DNA from: Azolla caroliniana
Lineage: Eukaryota > Plantae > Polypodiophyta
DNA: 7,138 nt
Assembly: GCA_043228905.1 (NCBI GenBank)
Contig: JBHGNT010001493.1
Coordinates: 1 to 7,138 of the forward strand
Reading direction: 5' to 3'
The notes beneath the pieces were generated by a model. That model did no database searches and was not told the DNA's origin. It saw only the letters and a list, made by a program, of their open reading frames with translations. The position numbers and the translations under genes are program-made. Every line of letters starts with the position of its first letter. Position 1 is the first letter of the stretch. Below, in pieces: positions 1-7,138 of the stretch.

Positions 1-706
1 AAAAAGTCATCAAGTTTGTACCCTACACTATGGTCATCAATTAGACTTTGTCACAAGATGTTCCATTTTCTTCCCACTATCAAAACCACTTCTATATACA
101 CGCGCATTAATCCTAACAAATGCTGCGACAAAACCCCAATCATTAGTTGGTAATAAGGGATAATTATCTTCAAGTGAAATGGCATTATATTCAATGGTTT
201 CTAACAGGGCAGTCTTGGTACTGCACATTAGTTCTTTACCACAACTCTAGATTTGTTCCTCAACACAACCCCATTCCATCTATATCAGTCAATTCCTCCT
301 CTTAACCTCAAACGATACTGAATGTAGCCAATAAAATTTACCGTCCTCGCTGCAATGAGACCATTGGACAGGAAAGTCAAGATAAAGATAATGCCATGGC
401 AGAAAATCTAGTTTTAGTTGGTTTTAAAAAATACAATAGATCAACAAGGCATTATTCCTACCAATAGCATGGTGCTTCAAACAAACGTTTGCAAAATGCT
501 TTCAGTGCCCCTGCGAGCCTGAGAGCATATATAGATGCACAAAATACATAAAAATTAATAATACTAAAACATATTTGTCCTTCGGGTGATTGATAGCAAT
601 CACATTGAAATTCATAATTATGTGCCTTGCTCCCACTCAAAGAGGAGGAATTCAAGGCTGTTTCAGCATGCTCAGAAACTGATGGCGATCAATCTTCCAG
701 AAACAC

Positions 707-1278
707 CTGCAACCATGAAGAGGCTAAAGATAAAAGCTTCATGGTTCAAATCAGAAGAGTCTAGTATTAGATTCACGCTCTCATTAAGATTTAGAATGGT
801 TTTCGGTCAGTTCTAAAATCTTATAAAAACACTGTTTCCTGTCCATGCTTTAAGCTAGAAGTAAGACATAATAACATCACTCTAATGCCTTTTTATCAAC
901 TCAAATTCCTGCCAACATCATTTCCATTCTTTATGCTAAAAAATGAGGTTGACACGTATATTGAAGTCCCGCCATTGAATACAACACACAGTACTGTAGC
1001 TGAGTTCCACAATTATTTAATTTATCTCTGTTATTAGACCTCTTCAAACATTACCCCCTACTTCTAAGGCTCACCGTTCATGTTACACAATCAAAAACCT
1101 TGAGACTTCCTTGATTGACTTTGAAGATTCCCAACCAAGCATTGTGGAAATACTCATCTCCTTGAATTTTTCTAGTATGAGGTAACAGAAATGCTAACAG
1201 ACTGTATTTCATATCAGTAATCAGTGCTACTTCTTATCGCATGTGATCCTAGAACTTAAAAAAGTAGAAAGAACTTAC
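707..1278 (-). other. Predicted 3'-UTR intron of eRF1 (about 572 nt)
   Basis: Donor AAAAT|GTAAGT (G at 1278) followed by U-rich sequence. The best acceptor is TCTTTAGCCTCTTCATGGTTGCAG|GT (ends 707), with CTAAT/CTGAT branch-like motifs about 45-60 nt upstream. The donor is more secure than the acceptor. Confidence 0.75.
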
Positions 1279-1304
1279 ATTTTCTCCAACAAAAGCTAGG
1301 CAAC

Positions 1305-1412
1305 TTAATGTCCCTGTCCTTCCACTACCAGAGATAGCTGGAAAACAACAGGAGCTAAAGGATCCCAATCATGCATAATGCTCCTGTTGCATTCATCAGG
1401 ATGAGCCTGGCG
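1305..1412 (-). other. Putative stop-codon readthrough extension of eRF1 (35 codons, RQAHPDECNRSIMHDWDPLAPVVFQLSLVVEGQGH, then TAA)
   Basis: TGA is followed by C (TGA-CGC), the frame stays open for 105 nt, and the next in-frame stop is TAA at 1307..1305. Confidence 0.65.
1346..1389 (-). other. Inverted repeat / RNA stem-loop downstream of the eRF1 stop
   Basis: On the mRNA, CAACAGGAGC (1389..1380) is the perfect reverse complement of GCUCCUGUUG (1355..1346), enclosing a 24-nt loop. The stem extends with a G-U pair, GAA/UUC and CUG/CAG. Confidence 0.7.
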
Positions 1413-2750
1413 TCAGTCAGAATCGTCATAAGTATCTTCATTGTCTGAGATGTCATCAAAGGTCCTCATGTCGAGCTGATAACGAAGAATGCCACCAATT
1501 CCACCAAATCCTCTACAAAACTGTGATCCTTCCTGAGACCTGTTAGTGACAAACTCAAGTGTACAACCGAACCTCTTATACTCATTTGCAAACCATTCTA
1601 GCAGTGATGTCTTCTCTTGAACCTCGAGCTCAGCACCTGATCCAGGATCGCGGAAGTTGGATTGATCAGATTCTTGTTCCTTAGTTAGATGCTTGATCAC
1701 AATCTCTGCTGTGACTGCGTTCTTCAGCACGTAACGGTTCACATCTAGATTCTCCCAAACAATCAACGTCTCCACAGCACCCATTTCAAGAGCTTTCAGA
1801 GTATCTTCGATTCCAAATACGTATTTACCCGTGTCTTGACTGATCTCTTCAAAGTACTTACCAATCAGACGCTTCTCTTGGATGAACTTCACGTTGGCTA
1901 AAACCTCCGCTGAGAGCTCAATGGCCTGATTGAATCCATTCTCCCCACCATACGAAACATCTACAACCTTCAAAATCTTCACTTGCAAGCGAGGATCAAA
2001 CATGTCAGACTGGCTAAGCTCTGTCTTGAAATCAGCAGATCCAGCCAGAATAAGGCCAGACACATTAGGCTGGCTCGTGGCGGGATTTATGAAGAACTGC
2101 GTCGAGAGCTCCGCAGTCTTCCTAACATAGTTATGGCGTTTCTCCATTCGAAGGCGTGCAAAACGAAGAGCAGATTGGCCTCCTCGACCGTGTTTCTTGG
2201 GAAGATCAACGGTAAACTTGTGGAGAATCTCACGAGTGTTTCCACTCAGAGTGCCAAACAGAGCACCATTACCATCCATGACAATGAAGCCAAACTTGTC
2301 ATCAGATTCGAGCAACTCGTTGAGAGCTTCGGTGTGGAACTTGTTGTCACATAGGTAAAGAGAGGCATTGATAGGCTTGAAGGGCTCAAAATCGATGGTT
2401 ACCTTCTTCTCCTTGCCATCATCAGTGACGATGGTGCCGGTGTAGAGCACGAGGCCGTTGGGGGGCACTTTGTTGTAGAGTTTGAGGCGCTGCTGAGCAG
2501 ATGTGATGGCACCAAGGACAGACTGACGATTGACCCTGTTCTTGATGTTCGATGCGGTGCCGAATTCATCACCGAGCATCTTTGCGACCCGGGCGACCTG
2601 ATCTCGAGGGGGCATAATGAGGGAGATCATGCTGGTTCCATTGCCGCGAGCAGACTCGAGGCCTTTGATAAGCTTCTTGATCTTCCATATCTCGATATTG
2701 TAGTCAGTGTCACCACCTGAGGTTCCGCCTCCGCCTCCGTTCTCCGCCAT
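1413..2750 (-). CDS. eRF1: Eukaryotic peptide chain release factor subunit 1 (eRF1), 445 aa, intronless CDS; 3'-UTR layout suggests the eRF1-1 type
   Basis: The translation contains the eRF1 hallmarks [20 protein letters not shown] (GTS loop), TASNIK(N), YLCDNKF (YxCxxxF), [15 protein letters not shown] (GGQ at 2183..2175), [11 protein letters not shown] and an acidic C-terminal tail. The likely start is the ATG at 2750 (Met71 of the 515-aa ORF) in strong Kozak context GCC-ATG-G, since recognisable homology begins just after it. Stop is TGA at 1415..1413. Confidence 0.97.
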   Translation of the reverse strand: MAENGGGGGTSGGDTDYNIEIWKIKKLIKGLESARGNGTSMISLIMPPRDQVARVAKMLGDEFGTASNIKNRVNRQSVLGAITSAQQRLKLYNKVPPNGLVLYTGTIVTDDGKEKKVTIDFEPFKPINASLYLCDNKFHTEALNELLESDDKFGFIVMDGNGALFGTLSGNTREILHKFTVDLPKKHGRGGQSALRFARLRMEKRHNYVRKTAELSTQFFINPATSQPNVSGLILAGSADFKTELSQSDMFDPRLQVKILKVVDVSYGGENGFNQAIELSAEVLANVKFIQEKRLIGKYFEEISQDTGKYVFGIEDTLKALEMGAVETLIVWENLDVNRYVLKNAVTAEIVIKHLTKEQESDQSNFRDPGSGAELEVQEKTSLLEWFANEYKRFGCTLEFVTNRSQEGSQFCRGFGGIGGILRYQLDMRTFDDISDNEDTYDDSD

Positions 2751-2869
2751 GGCCGACAGTAGAAGAGAGGAGGAGAGATTCCTGTGTTTCGGAGACTCTG
2801 CGCTGCCTTCTGCAGAGAAAGCAGGAAATGCAGAGGAGGAGGAGGGCGAGAAGGAAGACGCAGGACTGC

Positions 2870-2877
2870 TAGGGTTT
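2870..2877 (-). promoter_or_regulatory. Telo-box (AAACCCTA) upstream of eRF1
   Basis: Exact AAACCCTA on the minus strand, 120 nt upstream of the ATG. Telo-boxes are typical of plant translation-machinery genes. Confidence 0.6.
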
Positions 2878-2880
2878 CGA

Positions 2881-2889
2881 TTCTTATAG
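2881..2889 (-). promoter_or_regulatory. TATA-like element (CTATAAGAA) followed by a pyrimidine-rich (Y-patch) leader
   Basis: CTATAAGAA lies just upstream of the telo-box and of CT-rich sequence (about 2860..2760) leading to the ATG. The TSS is not known. Confidence 0.35.
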
Positions 2890-2956
2890 TTGAGAGGTCC
2901 TGGTGTGAAGGTGTCCTTAAAACAGGCACATGTGACCATAACACATAAATCAATAC

Positions 2957-2991
2957 ACATACATACATAAAAAGCAAAGGAAAAGCAAAGG
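2957..2991 (+). repeat. Short simple repeats: (ACAT)3 and a duplicated AAAAGCAAAGG
   Basis: ACATACATACAT at 2957-2968; AAAAGCAAAGG at 2970-2980 and 2981-2991. Confidence 0.6.
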
Positions 2992-3429
2992 AGACACTAG
3001 AGACGACCTGAACTCAACTTAGAGTCCCATGTCCAAAACTCAGAGTCACTTCCCTGCCTTCCATGTCACCTTCCATCATCCATTTTTCCTGCCCTACCCC
3101 ACCCAACTGCCCGAATATCTCGAAGCAATACAGTGCACACACATAGACACATTTTGCTCCTTAACTGATGCCACGCTCTCCTCCTACACCCAAAACCAAC
3201 CAATTCCTTCGTATCTATCTATCTCAACTCACTACTTATATCTTTGTTGCGCGTGATCTATTTAATTACGATATCATATGGTTGTCTAAACAATGCTACT
3301 CCAGGGCCTTCCTACTCTTAGTGTCGCGACACTTGGATTCCCAATGGATGAAGACATAACCGCCCTTGTTGAGTTGGCATCTTCAAACATAATGGGAGCA
3401 TCCATCCATGTGATCGATTAGATCTTGTC

Positions 3430-3960
3430 ACATCCATTGCCACCTTATGGCATTCTAGAGCAATAATATTGTCTTCCCTCATCGAAACTTTTGCCTCCAT
3501 ATCCAAAACATACACCTCCTTTCCTCCTTGAGTCTTAACTTTGCCACCCTCCCTAGTAGTAGATGAAGTTCCATTGCATTTGTTGCTCATTCTTACCAAA
3601 CTATTCACATGGTTACTTGTAGTTGATTAGTCATTTGGCGTCAAAAGGATTCTGCTTCAACAATACTTTGCTTGAATTCCTCTAATGTGGGTGTCGCTAA
3701 ATGGTTGTAGCCCATTGTAGATGAAAGTCAATCATGGTTTTCTTTAGTGTGGCCATCAAGTGCCTTCTTTTGAAAATGCTTAGTCACACATCCAGCCTTA
3801 GAAAACGCTAGGCGCAATTTACTTGTCATTAGATGATATAGTTACGTGGCAATGTGAAGCCATGAAGCCATGAAGACACTCAAACCTCTTTTGCAAGCGT
3901 GGCCTCCCTTATGCCTAAACGACATGTGATCTTGTTGAGCCAACATCGTTGAACCCGTTC
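3430..3960 (+). mobile_element. Possible highly degenerate non-LTR (L1-like) retrotransposon remnant, C-terminal / RNase H-like part
   Basis: Fragments in colinear order, with frameshifts and stops, resemble plant LINE motifs: ATLWH..NNIVF (3439-3476; cf. WxIWxxRNxxIF), KWL*P..*MKVN.G (3699-3737; cf. WxxPxxGWxKxNxDG), AFF* (cf. GxxFR) and QCEAM. No intact ORF, poly(A) tail or TSD was seen. Confidence 0.3.
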
Positions 3961-5256
3961 TTGATCTTTTGCATGAGATGAGGCTTAAGGCAATAAAGGA
4001 TCTCTTGGGATTCCTTGCATTCCCTCCTATGCGAATGCCTACCTTTCCTATCATGTGACGCATGTTGTCATCTCCTATGCCACATTCTAGAATTTTCTAT
4101 GTAGTTATTTCCATCATGATTCAATGAAACATCATTGGGACCATTTTTTAGCCTCAACAACATCACAACCACAACAAACAAATCCTAATAATTAAAAAAG
4201 AATATTCTAAACCCTTCTCTAAGTTATCATCATTAAACTTATTTAAGAAGTTTTACAATTCATGTTCTACGACCATCTCCAAAATGGAATCAATAAAGGT
4301 AGGAGAATAAGGATCCCAAATTGTCACTAATTTAGATTTTAGCAATTTACTTTTAGTGTCCTCTAGCCCTAATATGAAAGTGAGATAACATCATCATGCC
4401 AAAACCCTTATGAGACAATTTGATATTAGGCAACAAATTTCCAAGATATATACTCTATCCATGATGAGCATCAAATATTATACATTGGGATGAACATCAC
4501 ACAAATGCAAAATGTATAGTTGCAAGATTTACATCTATTCCCAATGAGTTAGCTGCCATCTCAACATTTACTTCTTAGACATTTGTCATTCTTGTCCAAC
4601 CCTTTTTTATCAACATCACAAGTTTGCTGGGCATCTGTCCCACCTTGTTGCAAGCCTTGTTTCTATCACAAGCTGTTGTATTTTGGTTCTTGTTTGTGTA
4701 CATATAATCTCTCACTAATCTTTTACATATAATCATAAAGTATCCAACAAAAGTTTTCCCGTGTTTTCTCGTAGGTTCATGATATCACTTAATTTAGCAT
4801 AAAATGAAACCAAAAGAATGTGAGAATCTTAACATTCGATAGAAGTGCAAAGGTGGTAGTTAGACATTGAAACAAGCAAGGCTCAACAGTACCAATGTTA
4901 TGGAGTACAAAACTCATGCTTATCATCACCAAAATTGGGCAAAAAATGTATGCCTTACAAGACTAATAACATGGGGGAGAGTCCGTCCATAAACGTTTCC
5001 TGCCTACATGATCGACTATTGTAATCAACCGAACCCATCCTAAAGTCTGTATTGTTTTGTTGTGCATTACAAAGAAGGGGGTAAAGCCACCCCCCAACAC
5101 TAACTTTTCTCTACACCAAGAAATATGGTTGGCATGTCCATGCACCTCATCTTATCACCATGAGGGGGGGACACACGACAATCCAAAGATCAAATTATTG
5201 AGGTGAAGGGTACAAACAAATGGGATAATCGAATGGGATATACAAGAACTCGTTAA

Positions 5257-5372
5257 TCATGAGCTATGCATAGGATCGTGAGGAGTGGAAGGAGGAGCCA
5301 TGGAACAGGCAGCAGCTTGCAAATACCATGCCTTCCAAGCTTCCATATAGTGACCAAACATGTGGTTCAGAG
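5257..5372 (-). CDS. E2FE: DEL/E2FE-like terminal coding exon (LNHMFGHYMEAWKAWY...HSS*)
   Basis: Acceptor ATGTTTTCAG|CT; HYMEAWKxWY motif; TGA at 5259..5257. Confidence 0.9.
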
Positions 5373-7026
5373 CTGAAAACATATCAACCAAACAAATCCA
5401 TGACGTTAGGCTCGCACAGTAAAATGCATCAAACGTACCAATAATTAGGCAGAGGCCGGAATTATTTGGTAACAAGTTTCAAAGACATCATGAAAGCAAA
5501 ATAATCAAGAGAAAGACTTTGAGATACTCAAGCTCCTTATTTCCCCCAAATGCCCTGAGCTTGGTTACTCTTCGAAATAACATTGGTCAAAACCCAAAAG
5601 AGAACATGGGGATGAATTGGCCAAGTAATTGAAAAAGGGGAATGGATTGGTCATGCAATCACTCAAATAGCAGACATAATTGCTCTGGGGATAACCAAGG
5701 GCATTTGTTGAAATAACAAAACTTTCAGCATTTTGGGAAATTTAAGGAAAAACTTTAGGGTATGGTGAGATTTTCCCCAATAATCAATTTATTACCTTCA
5801 TTTTGATATTTGAGAGGTCCAGCATTGAAGCATGTTGTTTCCTTGTCACTTCCATTTTTTATGTGACAATTCTCACAGTTCCTTTCACTGATATGGTGAC
5901 ATTTATGCATAGCTTGGAAAGGACAAAACATGGGGGCTGAAAGGAAATTCATGTAGAAAGGCATACTCTTCTCATGTGCTGCTTTGGAATTTGTACATTG
6001 GCAACACCCCGTGGCACATCCACCAGCTGAGTATGAAGATGGGAAACAAGGCTTATTTTCATTACTCGACAGATTCATGTTTTTGTCATTCCCTGAATTT
6101 TTGTTTTCATTATTCCATTGCTCATGGTCTGCATTGTTGGATGGATCCTTGTTTTCATTATTCCATAGATTTTTCTTGTTTTGATTACGTTGCCCTCCAC
6201 ATCCCTGCCTTGTTGGACTCCTTTCATGTGATGCTGAATTTGTCCACTCTCGCCATCCTCCATTGGAACCAAGGTTTAGCTTAGAAGCACTATTACTGCT
6301 AGCTGGTGATACAACTTCTGGCCGAGACGCTCCATCTCCTTGCATTCTTGGATAACATGGCACTGGACTGTAAATAGGACTAGGTAGAATGTTCATATTC
6401 CTGCTCTGAAGAGGCTTTACCTTATTATCATTACTCCTTATCACACATTTCTCTTCAAAGCTGGAATCCTCGCCCCCACATCTCGCTCGTTTGACCCTCT
6501 CCAGATTGGAGGAGTCAAATGTGGAAGAGCCTTTGATGTTAACTGGAACATCCAAATGAAAAATGCTATGAAAACCTAACTCTAGTATTATTGTCACGCA
6601 AATTAATTATTTGGATGTTAAGGCATGACGGAGTTTCCCATACCAGATGTCCCGTCAACTCCCTTCACACCCAACCACCTGAAGGCTGGCTTTCTATTCT
6701 TAGTTTCATTGGTCTACGAGAAAAACCAGAAAAGTTTATTTGATAACCACTCCGACTAGGAATACAAATTCATTTTAGCATATACAATGCAAGTGAAGAT
6801 TACCTTTTCTATCAATCGGATTGAAGAGAATATATTTGCAATGTCATATAGCCTCCTAACTTTAGCTGCAAACGGTTAGCCAAATGTCATGGTTAAGAAA
6901 GCGATTGCAAGATTAGGTAGGAAAAAATTACTAGCTATAATTAGCCTTACTTTTCAACTTATAAGAGGATTCCTTGCAATCTTCGAGCAACACCTTGGCA
7001 GCATCTTCTAATGACACAATTTTAGT
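5257..7026 (-). CDS. E2FE: Atypical E2F / DP-E2F-like (DEL, E2FE-like) transcription factor, 3' part; spliced CDS join(7026..6951, 6865..6804, 6713..6644, 6542..5796, 5372..5257), 356 aa visible; 5' exons lie beyond the window
   Basis: The spliced translation TKIVSLEDAAKVLLEDCKESSYKLK-T-KVRRLYDIANIFSSIRLIEK-TNETKNRKPAFRWLG is the second E2F-type DNA-binding domain (RRxYD motif) of DEL proteins. The C-terminal YQNE-A-LNHMFGHYMEAWKAWY matches the DEL C-terminal motif. All introns are GT-AG and phases are consistent. Exact paralogue (E2FD/E/F) is uncertain. Confidence 0.92.
5796..6542 (-). CDS. E2FE: DEL/E2FE-like long exon (747 nt, low-complexity linker)
   Basis: Lies inside the 280-aa ORF 5755..6597. 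Acceptor GATGTTCCAG|TT and donor GAAG|GTAATA are both phase 1 and fit the flanking exons. It ends in KYQNE, the start of the DEL C-terminal motif. Confidence 0.8.
6053..6171 (-). repeat. Imperfect 48-nt (16-aa) coding tandem repeat, about 3 units (WNNENK / WNNENK / SSNENK)
   Basis: On the plus strand TTGTTTTCATTATTCCAT occurs at 6101-6118 and 6149-6166, with a degenerate TTATTTTCATTACTCGAC at 6053-6070. The period is exactly 48 nt. Confidence 0.8.
6644..6713 (-). CDS. E2FE: DEL/E2FE-like exon (TNETKNRKPAFRWLGVKGVDGTS)
   Basis: Acceptor TTTTTCTCGTAG|ACC, donor CTG|GTATGG; 70 nt; RKPAFRWLG ends the DNA-binding domain. Confidence 0.9.
6804..6865 (-). CDS. E2FE: DEL/E2FE-like exon (KVRRLYDIANIFSSIRLIEK)
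   Basis: Acceptor CTAACCGTTTGCAG|CT, donor AAG|GTAATC; 62 nt; RRLYD DNA-recognition helix. Confidence 0.93.
6951..7026 (-). CDS. E2FE: DEL/E2FE-like exon (TKIVSLEDAAKVLLEDCKESSYKLK)
   Basis: Acceptor TACTTGCAG|ACT, donor AAAA|GTAAGG; 76 nt; ISLDxAAK-type helix of the DNA-binding domain. Confidence 0.88.
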
Positions 7027-7138
7027 CTGCAAGTACAGTAAATTACGATATAATAAGTAAACAGACTCTTACAATAAACATCACACTGGAAAAAAATGAG
7101 TTCAGCGACAATTTAACGAGGCTGAGATTTCCATTACT

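Noticed and set aside
37-816. Short ORFs 37..228, 458..655 and 586..816
   Set aside because: No recognisable domains. They lie in the predicted eRF1 3'-UTR intron, last exon or downstream AT-rich DNA.
1338-1399. SECIS-like reading of the hairpin after the UGA (AUGAA precedes the stem)
   Set aside because: There is no GA on the 3' arm to form the non-Watson-Crick quartet and no apical AA, and land plants lack the selenocysteine machinery.
1413-2750. eRF1 as a processed pseudogene because the CDS has no introns
   Set aside because: The ORF is intact, with catalytic motifs, a Kozak start, a telo-box and a predicted 3'-UTR intron, and no poly(A) tail or TSD is visible.
1930-2889. Plus-strand ORFs 1930..2130, 1983..2354 and 2707..2889
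   Set aside because: Antisense shadows of the eRF1 CDS and leader, with no recognisable motifs.
2751-2960. 515-aa eRF1 starting at the ATG at 2960
   Set aside because: That ATG sits in an (ATGT)n repeat with poor context. The added 70 aa are Ser-rich translation of a CT-rich leader/promoter with no eRF1 homology, and the ATG at 2750 has an optimal Kozak context.
4754-4763. TTTTCCCGTG as an E2F binding site
   Set aside because: It does not match TTTSSCGS fully and lies about 2 kb from the eRF1 start; such a match is expected by chance.
6053-6171. CRISPR-like repeat-spacer pattern (18-nt repeats, 30-nt spacers)
   Set aside because: Eukaryotic context, only 2-3 non-palindromic units, in frame within a coding exon, and no cas genes.
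5976-6284. ORFs 5976..6284 (+), 5984..6184 (+) and 6075..6272 (-)
   Set aside because: Alternative-frame or antisense products of the repetitive DEL exon.
5755-6597. 280-aa ORF as a stand-alone gene
   Set aside because: It begins at a non-ATG codon inside an intron and is flanked by phase-matched splice sites that join it to DEL exons.

Overview
Land-plant nuclear DNA carrying two genes in tandem on the minus strand. (1) A eukaryotic release factor 1 (eRF1) gene with an intronless CDS at 2750..1413 (445 aa from a GCC-ATG-G start). Its 3' end matches the readthrough/NMD autoregulatory layout described for plant eRF1-1. The stop is TGA-C, followed by 35 in-frame sense codons and a second stop (TAA, 1307..1305). 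A predicted 3'-UTR intron (1278..707) has its donor 134 nt after the first stop and 26 nt after the second. A 10-bp perfect hairpin lies within the readthrough segment, and the normally invariant NIKS stop-recognition motif reads NIKN. (2) The 3' part of an atypical E2F (DEL/E2FE-like) transcription factor gene, rebuilt by eye as five phase-compatible exons (7026..6951, 6865..6804, 6713..6644, 6542..5796, 5372..5257). Its long fourth exon contains a 3 x 16-aa repeat and a Cys/His-rich patch. The intergenic region may hold a heavily decayed LINE fragment. All splice sites are predicted from sequence only.
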